This document shows positions 42,595-52,078 of a DNA stretch of 64,000 nucleotides, piece after piece. The stretch lies in the NCBI GenBank assembly GCA_963774325.1, contig CAVZEF010000006.1:1214003-1278002 (forward strand), in the 5' to 3' direction. Each line of letters starts with the position of its first letter. Position 1 is the stretch's first letter. The notes under the pieces were generated by a model, which saw only the letters and a program-made list of their open reading frames with translations, was not told the DNA's origin and did no database searches. Origin of the DNA: an uncultured Pseudomonadota bacterium (GTDB lineage: Bacteria; Myxococcota_A; Polyangia; Fen-1088). The position numbers were made by a program, and so were the translations under genes.

Positions 42595-42669
42595 GACAGG
42601 GCCCGCTTTTTAGTCCCCCGCCACCCCGGGCCGCTCCGTCCTTGAAAAGCGCGTTACCATGGCCGTCCC

Positions 42670-44655
42670 GTGCCATCTCAACCCCCACCCGAGTGGTACA
42701 CGCGCCTCAGCCGTGCCCTCGAGCTCGGGGACCCCGAGCAGGCGCGCAGCCAGGCGCGCGCGCTGCTCGATGAGATCCGCGAGGAGCAAGCGCGCGTGCG
42801 CGAACGCCTGGAGATGCTGTCGTCGGCCTCGTTCGAAGGGGTCATGGTGCACGTCGACGGCGTGGTGATCGACGTCAATCAGCGCCTCTGCGAGATGGTC
42901 GGCTACACGCGCGAGGAGATGCTCGGTCCGGCGCCGCTGCGCCGCTCCGTCGCGCCCGAGGACCTGCCGGCGGTGATCGAGCGCATCGCCAGCCAGTACG
43001 AGGGCGCCTACGTGATCACCGCCATCCGCAAGGACGGCTCACGCTTCCGCGCCGAGCTGCAGGCCAAGCAAGGTCACATCGGCGACCGTCCGGTGCGTGT
43101 CGCCGCGTTCCGCGACGTCACCGAACGCGAGCGCACGCACGCGCTGCTGCGCGAGAGCGAGCAGCGCTTCCGCGACCTGGCGCGCTCGGCGTTCGACTTC
43201 AGCGTCTTCAGCCGCGACGGCGTCATCGTCGACGTCGACGGCGATCCCGAGCCGATCCTCGGCGTCACCAGCGAGCAGATGATCGGGCGTCCCGTGCTGC
43301 AGTTCACGGCGCCGTCGGCGCAACCGCGCGTGCGCCAGCACATCGAGGGCGGTCACGTCGGGCCGTACGAGGCGGTCGCGATGCACGTCAGCGGCGACAT
43401 CGTGCCCGTGCTGTGCGTGGTGGCGTCGACGACGCTCGACGGCCAACCGGTGCGCGTCGCCGGCCTGCGCGACCTGCGGCCGGCGCAGCGTCTCGAGACC
43501 GAGCGGCGCGGTCTCGAGCAGCAGCTGCAGCGCGCGCAGCGGCTCGACAGCCTGGGCGTGCTCGCGGGCGGTATCGCGCACGACTTCAACAACCTGCTGG
43601 CCGGCGTGCTCGGCAACGCCGACCTGCTGCGCGAGATGGTGGTCGGGCACGAGGAGCGCGAGATCGCCGAGGCGATCGTCATCGCCGCGCAGCGCGCCGC
43701 CGCGCTGACGCGCCAGATGCTGGCCTACGCGGGCCAGCGCGATCTCGGGCGCCGCGAGCCGGTCGACATCGGTGAGCTCGTGGGCGAGCTGCGCACGCTG
43801 CTCGACGCCACGCTGTCGAAGAAGGCGCAGCTCGAGCTGGCGGTCGACGCGCGCAGCGTCGTGCTCGGCGATCGCGCGACGCTGACGCAGGTGCTGATGA
43901 ACCTGCTCACCAACGCGTCGGACTCGCTCGGCGATGGGGCGGGGATCATCCGCGTGCTGGCGCGCCGGGTCGCCGAGCCGGACGCGCGCTGGGAGAGCGC
44001 GCTCGGCGCCACGGTGCGGCCCGGCGAGTGGGTGCTCATCGAGGTCCGCGACACCGGCTGCGGCATGGACGAAGCGACGCGCGGGCGCGTGTTCGAGCCG
44101 TTCTTCTCGACCAAGGAGCGCGGCCACGGTCTGGGCCTCGCGGCCTGCCTGGGCATCGTGTCGGCGCACGGCGGCGCGGTGCTGGTCGAGAGCGAGGTCG
44201 GGCGCGGGAGCTGCTTCTCCGTGCTGCTGCCGGCGAGCGGCGGCGAACCGGCGGCCAGCGAGCGCCCTCCGGCCACGCGCCCGAGCCGAACATGCAAGGT
44301 GCTGATCGTCGACGACGAGCCGCTGGTGCGCACGCAGCTGCGCCGCACGCTGGAGCTGCGCGGCTACACCGTCGCCGAGGCGGTCGACGGCCGCAGCGCG
44401 CTGGCGACCGTCGACGAGGTGCGCCCCGACGTGATCATCCTCGACATGACGATGCCCGACATCGACGGCGCCGAGGTGCTGCAGCGCCTGCGCGCGTCCG
44501 GCTCGCGCGTGCCGGTCATCGTGTCGTCGGGCTACCTCGACGTCTCGGTCGAGCGAAAGCTCTCCCGCGGCGAGTTCCAGGGCTTCCTGGCCAAGCCCTA
44601 CGGCGCCAGCGACCTGGCGGCGGCGATCGAGCGCGCGCTGGCGTCGACCAAATGA
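42670..44655 (+). CDS. Hybrid sensor histidine kinase (2 PAS + HisKA + HATPase_c + C-terminal receiver)
   Basis: H-box HDFNNLL, G-boxes, REC domain (KVLIVDDEP...DMTMPDIDG). Confidence 0.85.
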   Translation: MPSQPPPEWYTRLSRALELGDPEQARSQARALLDEIREEQARVRERLEMLSSASFEGVMVHVDGVVIDVNQRLCEMVGYTREEMLGPAPLRRSVAPEDLPAVIERIASQYEGAYVITAIRKDGSRFRAELQAKQGHIGDRPVRVAAFRDVTERERTHALLRESEQRFRDLARSAFDFSVFSRDGVIVDVDGDPEPILGVTSEQMIGRPVLQFTAPSAQPRVRQHIEGGHVGPYEAVAMHVSGDIVPVLCVVASTTLDGQPVRVAGLRDLRPAQRLETERRGLEQQLQRAQRLDSLGVLAGGIAHDFNNLLAGVLGNADLLREMVVGHEEREIAEAIVIAAQRAAALTRQMLAYAGQRDLGRREPVDIGELVGELRTLLDATLSKKAQLELAVDARSVVLGDRATLTQVLMNLLTNASDSLGDGAGIIRVLARRVAEPDARWESALGATVRPGEWVLIEVRDTGCGMDEATRGRVFEPFFSTKERGHGLGLAACLGIVSAHGGAVLVESEVGRGSCFSVLLPASGGEPAASERPPATRPSRTCKVLIVDDEPLVRTQLRRTLELRGYTVAEAVDGRSALATVDEVRPDVIILDMTMPDIDGAEVLQRLRASGSRVPVIVSSGYLDVSVERKLSRGEFQGFLAKPYGASDLAAAIERALASTK

Positions 44656-44673
44656 CCGCGATCGACTGCTGAG

Positions 44674-46848
44674 CTACCGCCCCGAATCCGGAGCCGGCGC
44701 GCACCTGACGAGCTCGGTCGTGGGCGAGAACTCGTCGCTGAGCTTCTTGTCGTCGTACTTGTGCAGCTCCGACACGATCTTGCCGCGCAGGTCGTCGTAG
44801 CGCTCGTTGAGCAGATCCGACGACGCCGCGCCCGGCTGCGCGACGCAGGCGAACTTGTTGACGCCGCAGATGTCCAGCGAATCGCACGCCGGCGTCGACT
44901 GCGCCAGCGGCTTGAGCGCCATGTCGCCGTAGAGGATCTTGCCGCCCACGACCACCAGGCGCACGTCCTTGGGCGCCGCCGCGAGGATCGCGTCGTAGGG
45001 CCGCGCGCGATCGCCGCCGATGACCACCAGATCGGCCTTGTGTCCGTACGAGAGCTCGCCGAGCGCGGTCGCGAGGCCGATCACCTTGGCGGCGTTCTTC
45101 GTCGCCATCTGCACCAGCGTGCGCGGCGTGAGCACGTCACCCCACTGCGTGTTGTCGACCTGGTCGGCGAAGCGCAGCTCGTCGAGCAGGTTCTGCGACC
45201 CGGTGAGCGACCAGTCGGTGCCGATCGCGACCGTGATCCCCTTCTCGATCGCCGCCGGGATGTCGGCGGTCTTGGACAGGTCGACGCCGTGCCCGTACAG
45301 CGACACGTTCGACCGCGGCAGCCAGATCAGGTTCATCCCGTGCGCCACCATCTCGGTCAGCTCGCGGTCCTGCAGCGCGGCGCCGTTGACGATCGTCGTC
45401 CGCGGCGACAGCAGGCAGCCGCGGCTGCTGGTCGCGTCGGACAGGCGCTGGAACTCCTTGCGCGCGATGTCGTCGGTGCCGTCACCGATCTGCACCAGAT
45501 AGGCGTCGGTCTTGCCGCTGGCCTGATTGGCGCACACGCGGTCGGCCTCCGCCGTCTTGGGGAAGATGTCCGCGGTCTGGATCTTGTCGGCCGGCAAGCC
45601 GTTCGGCTTCTGGTCGATCGTGCGCGCCAGCGACGCGTAGCACTTCTGATCCTCGGGGAACGCCTGGCCGACGATCGACGTCGTGCCCGCGATCAGCCCC
45701 TTGAGCTCGCCGAACTTGACCAGGTCGCAGCCGATGTTGACGTGCGCGCCCTTGGATTCGCCGTTCAAGTATTGCTTGGCCGCGTCGACCGCGCGAAAGC
45801 GCTTGGTGTCGGCCCACTGATAGTGATTGGTGAAGTGGTCGTTGGCCTCGGGCGCCCAGTCGGTCTCGTCGAAGATGTCGTACTGCACGTGATTGCGCGC
45901 GTCGATCAAGCCGGGAAAAATGATGCCGTTGGTCTGCACGATCGACGCGGTCGCCACGGCGGGGTCGCCCTGGCACGAGGGCGCGACGCACCGGATCTCG
46001 TCGCCGACGATCAGGATCTCGCCGTCGACCACCTCGTCGGGCGTCACCAGCGTGCCGATCAGCAGGAGGCCGCCCGATCCCTGACCCAAGATCACCGAGC
46101 CGGTGCCCGTCTGCGCCGCCGTGCACGCGCCGAACTGGCAGACCTTGCCGGAGCCGCAGGGCGCGCCGTTGAGGGGCGTGCCGCCGCCGCACTGACAGGT
46201 CTGCGAGAAGACCTCGCCGCGCGTGCACGGGTTGCCGTCGTCGCAGGCGTTGCCCGCGACGCATTTTCCGTTGGAGGCGGCCGGCGTGCAGGCGATCGGC
46301 CCCGTCGACCAGCCGGCGCCGTCAGGCTGGCGGCCGAAGCATTGCCCCGCGGCGGTCGCGTGCGTCGCCACGCCGGTGCCCGAATCGCGCAGCAGCGCGC
46401 CGCAGACGCCCGACACGCGCGGCGTGCTGAGCAAGCGGCAGGCGTCGGGCGTGGTCGCGTTGACGAACGGGTACCGGATCCAGACCGCCTCGCCCGGCGC
46501 GATCGCCGCGCAGGTCGGCGTGCGTTCCAGCGCGCCGCACGACGTGGAGCCGGGCGCGTGGTTCACGTTGACGTCGCTGACCAGCTTGGCGCCGCCGCCA
46601 CCCGCGGCGTCGTCGATGAACCAGCAGGCTTCGGGGTCCTTCGCGAGATCGACGCGCTCGCTGCTGCGATTGAGGAGCTCGATCCAGCCGGTGGGACCGC
46701 TGGCGCACTCGTTGACGACCACGCTGGCCGACGCGCCGGACACGGGGGCATTCTGCGCGCGCGCGGTATCACCAGCCCAGAGACCCAGCGCCAGCACGCA
46801 GAAACCGCGGACCGGGCGCGACCACGCTCGAACGTGCGCGACCTTCAC
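44674..46848 (-). CDS. Secreted amidohydrolase-superfamily protein with an N-terminal cysteine-rich / lamin-tail-like domain
   Basis: Signal peptide. Metal-binding region FPGLIDARNHVQYD. The C-terminus is TIM-barrel-like. Confidence 0.7.
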   Translation of the reverse strand: MKVAHVRAWSRPVRGFCVLALGLWAGDTARAQNAPVSGASASVVVNECASGPTGWIELLNRSSERVDLAKDPEACWFIDDAAGGGGAKLVSDVNVNHAPGSTSCGALERTPTCAAIAPGEAVWIRYPFVNATTPDACRLLSTPRVSGVCGALLRDSGTGVATHATAAGQCFGRQPDGAGWSTGPIACTPAASNGKCVAGNACDDGNPCTRGEVFSQTCQCGGGTPLNGAPCGSGKVCQFGACTAAQTGTGSVILGQGSGGLLLIGTLVTPDEVVDGEILIVGDEIRCVAPSCQGDPAVATASIVQTNGIIFPGLIDARNHVQYDIFDETDWAPEANDHFTNHYQWADTKRFRAVDAAKQYLNGESKGAHVNIGCDLVKFGELKGLIAGTTSIVGQAFPEDQKCYASLARTIDQKPNGLPADKIQTADIFPKTAEADRVCANQASGKTDAYLVQIGDGTDDIARKEFQRLSDATSSRGCLLSPRTTIVNGAALQDRELTEMVAHGMNLIWLPRSNVSLYGHGVDLSKTADIPAAIEKGITVAIGTDWSLTGSQNLLDELRFADQVDNTQWGDVLTPRTLVQMATKNAAKVIGLATALGELSYGHKADLVVIGGDRARPYDAILAAAPKDVRLVVVGGKILYGDMALKPLAQSTPACDSLDICGVNKFACVAQPGAASSDLLNERYDDLRGKIVSELHKYDDKKLSDEFSPTTELVRCAPAPDSGR

Positions 46849-46940
46849 GAGTGAAGGCTATAGCGAAGATCGCGCAACGACAATGATCAGGCGCACTCGC
46901 CCGTCGGTGACGGCGTCGCGGGCGCGCCGGCTCGGGACGA

Positions 46941-48080
46941 CTATCGTTCCAGCAAATGACGCAGGCTGATGGCGGCGCCGGCCGCCGGCGCGGGCGCCGG
47001 CGAGCGCGGCACCGAGAAGAAGAACGACGAACCAAGGCCCAGGGTGCTGCGCACACCGATGTCGCCGCCGTGACCGCGCACGATGCTGCGCGCGATGTAG
47101 AGCCCGAGCCCGATGCCGCGCGAGTCGCCGCTCCAGTACCGATCGAAGAGGTGGCCGATGTGTTCGGGCGCGATGCCGGAGCCGGTGTCCTCGACGGTGA
47201 AGGCCACGCCGTTCTCGCGCTCCTCGGCGCTCACCGTGATGCGTCCACCCGACGGTGTGAACTTGAGCGCGTTGGCGATCAGGTTGCCCAGCACCTGCAG
47301 GATGCGCTGGCGATCGCAGGCCATCATCAGGTCGTGGCGCGTCGCCTTGGCCTCGAGGCTCACGCCCGCCTCCTCCGCCAGCGGCGCGTGCAGATCGATC
47401 GCCTCCTGCACCAGCGTGTCGACCCGCTCGGGCTTGATCGTCATCGGCAGCTCGCCGCGCTCGACGCCCGCGGCGTCGACGATGTCGCGGATCAGGCTGT
47501 CCATGCGCACGACGGCGCGGTCGATGGTCTTCACGCGGTTGCGCACCACCGCCGGGTCGGACGTGTCGCGCGACAGGGACGACGCCGACACCATGATCGT
47601 CGCCAGCGGCGCGCGCAGATCGTGAGCGACGACGGTGAGCACCTGCTCGCGCGACACGCGGGCCGCGTCGGCGCGGTCGCGGGCCCGCTGCAGCGAGCGG
47701 ACCAGCAGGCACACCGCGCCGCTCACCAGAAAGAACGACAGCAACTCGAACGGCACGCGCCCGGCGCCGGCGCCGCTCCAGAAGCAGGCGAGCGCCGCGA
47801 CGCTGATGATCGTGGCGACCATTCCCGGACCGAAGCCGAAGAGCCACGCCGTCAGCATCACCGCGGGTAGGAAGAAGAGGTGACGGTTCTGCTGGCGCCC
47901 CCACCACGGATCCATGGCCAGTCGTCCGGCGACAACGGCCAGAATCAGCGCAGCGCCACCGCCATACCTCTGCCACGACGGCCGACGCCCCGCGGCACTA
48001 AACCAACCCCGCACGTCTATCAGAGTACGGCCCCATCCCGACACGCGCAACCGCGTCACGCGTGGTTCTCCGGCTGCCAC
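46941..48080 (-). CDS. Membrane sensor histidine kinase (DUF4118-like TM domain + HisKA + HATPase_c). Start uncertain.
   Basis: H-box HDLRAPLATI. The TM region reads LFFLPAVMLTAWLFGFGPGMVATIISVAAL. Confidence 0.75.
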   Translation of the reverse strand: MAAGEPRVTRLRVSGWGRTLIDVRGWFSAAGRRPSWQRYGGGAALILAVVAGRLAMDPWWGRQQNRHLFFLPAVMLTAWLFGFGPGMVATIISVAALACFWSGAGAGRVPFELLSFFLVSGAVCLLVRSLQRARDRADAARVSREQVLTVVAHDLRAPLATIMVSASSLSRDTSDPAVVRNRVKTIDRAVVRMDSLIRDIVDAAGVERGELPMTIKPERVDTLVQEAIDLHAPLAEEAGVSLEAKATRHDLMMACDRQRILQVLGNLIANALKFTPSGGRITVSAEERENGVAFTVEDTGSGIAPEHIGHLFDRYWSGDSRGIGLGLYIARSIVRGHGGDIGVRSTLGLGSSFFFSVPRSPAPAPAAGAAISLRHLLER

Positions 48081-48140
48081 CCCCTCACCGACGGCGCCCG
48101 CGGACCGCGCACGACGACCTTCCAGCGCAAGGCCCGCGCG

Positions 48141-49313
48141 TCAGCGCGCCAGCGTTGCCGGAAGGCTGATTCGAAACGACGTCGCCCAGTCCTGCGTCGA
48201 CACGACGTCGATCTCGCCACCGTGCGCCTCGACGGCGCGCTTGCAGAAATAGAGGCCGAGCCCCGCGTTGCCGGCGACGACCCGCTCGCCCGAGCCGCGC
48301 TTGAACTTCTCGAAGATCCGATGCCGCTCCGGCGCCGGGATGACCGGACCGTCATTGGAGACGTTGATCTCGACGCCCGCGCTCGGGCGCACGCTGACCG
48401 CGATGCGCCCCTTGGCGGGCGTGTAGCGAAAGGCGTTGTCGAGGATGTTCTCGACGACGCGACGAAGGAGCCGCTGATCCGCCACCACCTCGACCGCCTC
48501 GTCGGAGGGAGGGGCCACGAGGACGATGTTGTTCTGTTGCGCACGCGCCGCGTAGCCCTGCACCACCGATCGCAGGAAGCGCGTCACGCCCAGCAACTCG
48601 CGCTGCAAAGGAAAATCCGCCTGCTCCATGCGCGAGATCGTCAAGAGATCCTCGATCATGGAACGCAGCCGCATCGTCGCCTCCCGCGAGTCGGCGATCG
48701 CCTGGCCGAGATCACCCTGTGACACGGGGATCTGCTCGCTGGCCCAGTCGAGCCCGGCGTACGCGATCGAGAGCGGGTTCTTGAGGTCGTGCACGATGAA
48801 CTCGGTCAGCTCGCGGTGATCACGCTGCGCCTGCTCCAGCGCCTGGTGCCGCCGCTCCAGCTCGTCACGCGACGCCTTGAGCTCGACCAGCGTCTTCTGG
48901 TGCGCGGCCAGGCCATCCGCCAGCTTGCGGCGTGTGTTGTAGAGGTCCAGGAACACGCGGACCTTGCTGCGCAGGATCATCGGGCTGAACGGCTTGTAGA
49001 GGATGTCGACGGCGCCCGACCCGTAGCCCTGGAGCAAATTATCCTCGGTCTGGTTCATCGCGGTGAGGAAGATGATGGGAACCTGGCGCGTCTCCGGGTT
49101 CTCGCGCGCGTAGTGCGCCATCTCGTAGCCGTCCATGTTCGGCATCTGCACGTCGAGCAGCATGACCGCGAACTCGCGCTTCAGGAGCTGGCGCAAACCT
49201 TCGTTCCCCGACTTGGCGCGCACCAGATCGCAGTCGACGTCGCCGAGGAGCGCCTCGAGCGCCACCAGGTTCGCCTCGACGTCGTCCACCAGAAGAATGC
49301 TCGGCCGGCTCAT
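48141..49313 (-). CDS. Hybrid response regulator / histidine kinase (N-terminal REC + HisKA + HATPase_c)
   Basis: REC: ILLVDDVEANL...DVQMPNMDG. H-box: HDLKNPLSI. Confidence 0.85.
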   Translation of the reverse strand: MSRPSILLVDDVEANLVALEALLGDVDCDLVRAKSGNEGLRQLLKREFAVMLLDVQMPNMDGYEMAHYARENPETRQVPIIFLTAMNQTEDNLLQGYGSGAVDILYKPFSPMILRSKVRVFLDLYNTRRKLADGLAAHQKTLVELKASRDELERRHQALEQAQRDHRELTEFIVHDLKNPLSIAYAGLDWASEQIPVSQGDLGQAIADSREATMRLRSMIEDLLTISRMEQADFPLQRELLGVTRFLRSVVQGYAARAQQNNIVLVAPPSDEAVEVVADQRLLRRVVENILDNAFRYTPAKGRIAVSVRPSAGVEINVSNDGPVIPAPERHRIFEKFKRGSGERVVAGNAGLGLYFCKRAVEAHGGEIDVVSTQDWATSFRISLPATLAR

Positions 49314-49381
49314 GAGTTTCCCGGCTCAATCGTAAGGTTGCGGTACGGATGCTGTCAAACCCCTACCGGGGCACCGTCGCC

Positions 49382-50689
49382 TCAGCGACGGAAGCGATCC
49401 GCGTATCGTTCCGCCTCCCCGCGCGCCCAGGGACGATACGCGTTCATGAAATCGACGCGTTCGCCGATGGGCGGATGGCTGGCGCGGAAGAGCTTGAACA
49501 GCCAGCCGGGCCGCGGCACCGCCAGGTTCTGGCGCTGCAGCGCCACGAATGCGCTGGCGCCGCCGTGGTTGTCGTGGGTCAGCTCGAGCGCGAAGCGGTC
49601 CGCCTCGTGCTCGTGATGGCGCGACAGGGCCAGCGTCGCCGGACCGATGAGCAACGAGAACACCGACAGCAGCAGCATGAGCAGCGGCAGCGAGGCCACG
49701 TCGGAGAGCTGCGTGAATCCGAAGCGATCGCCGAACCGAGAGAGCAGCAGGTCGGCGGTGCGGTGCGCGCCGTAGAGGCCGACCAAGATCAGCGCCCACG
49801 AGACGAAGATGCTGATGACGACGTGGCCGAGCACGTAGTGGCCTAGCTCGTGACCGACGACGAAGCGGATCTGGCGCGGCGACAGGCGCGCGAGCAGTGT
49901 GTCCCACAGCACGATGCGCTTGGTGTTGCCGACGCCGGTGACGTAGGCGTTGACCTTCTCGGTGTCGACGCTCTTGTCGACCTGATAGACGCGCGCACCC
50001 TCGACGCCCGCGTGCGACGCGGTCGCGAGCACGTCGGCTTCCAGGGCCTTGTCTTGCATGGCGCCGAACTTGTTGAACAGCGGCGCGATCCAGACCGGCG
50101 TCACCAGGAACATGATCACGATGAGGGGCAGCGACAGCCCGCCGGTCCACAGCCACCAGTACGCGGGGCTGCGCGCGAGCAGGACGTAGGGCAGCCAGAG
50201 GATCAGCGCGCCGATGACCAGGCCCACGAGCGCACCCTTGAGCTGGTCGCCGATCCACTTCGACAGGTGCTGCGTCGACAGGCCGAAGGCGTGCTCGCGC
50301 GCATAGCCGACGTAGTACGAGAGCGGCAGCTGGATCAGCGACATCAGCAGCGAGAAGGCGACGAGATAGATGAGCAGCGTCGGGTAGAAGCGCCCGCGCG
50401 CCAGCGACGACGCCAGCGTCCGCAGCTGCGCCGAGAACCCGCTCACGAGGAAGAGCGCCGGTAGCGCCAGCCCCAGGAGCTGCTCGACGATCCAGATGAC
50501 GTTGCCGCCGCGGTAGTAGCGCAGCGCCTTCTCCGACGGGGCGGGCACCAGCACCGGTCCGTCGTCGGCCGCGGCGGCGGCTTCGGGCGCGGGCGCGCGA
50601 TCGTCACCCGGGTCGGCGCCCGCCGCGCGGACGCCGACGGCGATCGCCGCCGCGACGCCCGCCATGAGCGCGATCACCTTCAGGTCCAC
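49382..50689 (-). CDS. M48-family zinc metallopeptidase (Ste24/HtpX-like)
   Basis: Multi-TM protein with the HELGH zinc motif. Confidence 0.8.
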   Translation of the reverse strand: MDLKVIALMAGVAAAIAVGVRAAGADPGDDRAPAPEAAAAADDGPVLVPAPSEKALRYYRGGNVIWIVEQLLGLALPALFLVSGFSAQLRTLASSLARGRFYPTLLIYLVAFSLLMSLIQLPLSYYVGYAREHAFGLSTQHLSKWIGDQLKGALVGLVIGALILWLPYVLLARSPAYWWLWTGGLSLPLIVIMFLVTPVWIAPLFNKFGAMQDKALEADVLATASHAGVEGARVYQVDKSVDTEKVNAYVTGVGNTKRIVLWDTLLARLSPRQIRFVVGHELGHYVLGHVVISIFVSWALILVGLYGAHRTADLLLSRFGDRFGFTQLSDVASLPLLMLLLSVFSLLIGPATLALSRHHEHEADRFALELTHDNHGGASAFVALQRQNLAVPRPGWLFKLFRASHPPIGERVDFMNAYRPWARGEAERYADRFRR

Positions 50690-50863
50690 GCGGGCGCCTC
50701 GCCGTGATCGCCATGGTCGCGGTGACCGCCGCGCGCGCCGCGACGGCTGCGTATTCGATTCTCCGCGCGTTTCATCGACGGTAGTCTAACCTGACGGCGC
50801 GCTCGCACCGGCTGTACGGTTGCCTTGACACCCTGTCGGGTTTGCGCGACAAGACGCGAGCGC

Positions 50864-52078
50864 ATGGCGGCCATCGGAAATTGCGTGGGGCGAAGGCGCG
50901 CCGCGGCTGGGCTGCGCCAGCAAGAGCTCGCCACGCGCGCCGGTGTGAGCCGTCAGAGCTTGAGCGCGCTCGAGGCAGGCCACAGCGTACCGTCGGCGGC
51001 GCTGGCGCTGCGCCTGGCTCGCGAGCTCGGGTGCCGTGTCGAAGACCTGTTCTGGATCGATGAGCGGCACGCACCCGTGCGTGTGGAGCTCGCGGACGAC
51101 GAGGTCGACGCTCGCCAGCAGCGACCCCCGTCCGGCGCGACCGGGGGACCCGCGCCGCGCGACGCGCGCGTGGTCATGGCATCGATCGATGGCCGCTGGG
51201 TCGCGCACCGCCTGACCACGAGCGATCCGAGCGCGCTGCTCACGCCGGCCGACGGCGCGCTCTCCGGTGGCGCTGCGCGCGGCGGCCGCGGCGCGCGCGT
51301 GACGCCCTTCGCGGATCTCGACGGCGCGCGCGACACCTTGCTGTGCGCCGGTTGCGCGCCGGCGGGCGGGCTCCTCGCGGCGCGCGCCACCGCCGCGCGC
51401 GCCGGTGATCGCGTGGTCTGGCTCGACCGTTCGAGCAGCGCCGCGCTGGAGCTGCTGGCGCGCGGCCAGGTTCACGTCGCGGGCGCGCACCTTTACGACG
51501 AGGACGCGCGCGAGTTCAACGTCCCCTTCGTTCAGCGCCGGCTGCCGGGACGATCGATGCTGATCTTCAATCTCGCGCGCTGGCAGGCCGGACTGGTCGT
51601 CGCGCCCGGCAATCCGCGGCGCATCCGCGGCGTGCGCGATCTCGCGCGCGCCGACGTGCGCTTCGTCCCGCGCCCGCGCGGCGCCGCCGCGCAGGATCTG
51701 ATCGAACGGCTGCTGCGCCGGGAAGGTTTGCACGTGGCCGCGTTGCCGGCGCCGCTGGTGGCGCGCGGCCACATGGACGTCGCCCGGCTGGTCGCCCTCG
51801 GCCTCGCCGACGCGGGCGTCGCGCTACCCGAAGCGGCGCGCGCCCACGATCTCACCTTCATCCCCCTCGTCGAGGAGCGCTTCGACCTGATCGTCGCCAA
51901 GGAGCACGCCGGTGACGCACGCGTCGTGCGTCTGCTCGATCTCCTGAGCGCGCGCAGCTTCCGCCGCGAGATGGAAGCTCTCGGCGGCCACGTGACCCGC
52001 GACGCCGGACGGCTCATCGCCGACACCGGCGCGCTCTCAACCACGACTCACAATAACGAGCCCGGGAGCCCCGCATGA
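50864..52078 (+). CDS. XRE-family HTH regulator fused to a periplasmic-binding-protein-like (PBP-like) domain
   Basis: HTH: GLRQQELATRAGVSRQSLSALEAGHSVPSAALALRLARELG. Confidence 0.65.
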   Translation: MAAIGNCVGRRRAAAGLRQQELATRAGVSRQSLSALEAGHSVPSAALALRLARELGCRVEDLFWIDERHAPVRVELADDEVDARQQRPPSGATGGPAPRDARVVMASIDGRWVAHRLTTSDPSALLTPADGALSGGAARGGRGARVTPFADLDGARDTLLCAGCAPAGGLLAARATAARAGDRVVWLDRSSSAALELLARGQVHVAGAHLYDEDAREFNVPFVQRRLPGRSMLIFNLARWQAGLVVAPGNPRRIRGVRDLARADVRFVPRPRGAAAQDLIERLLRREGLHVAALPAPLVARGHMDVARLVALGLADAGVALPEAARAHDLTFIPLVEERFDLIVAKEHAGDARVVRLLDLLSARSFRREMEALGGHVTRDAGRLIADTGALSTTTHNNEPGSPA

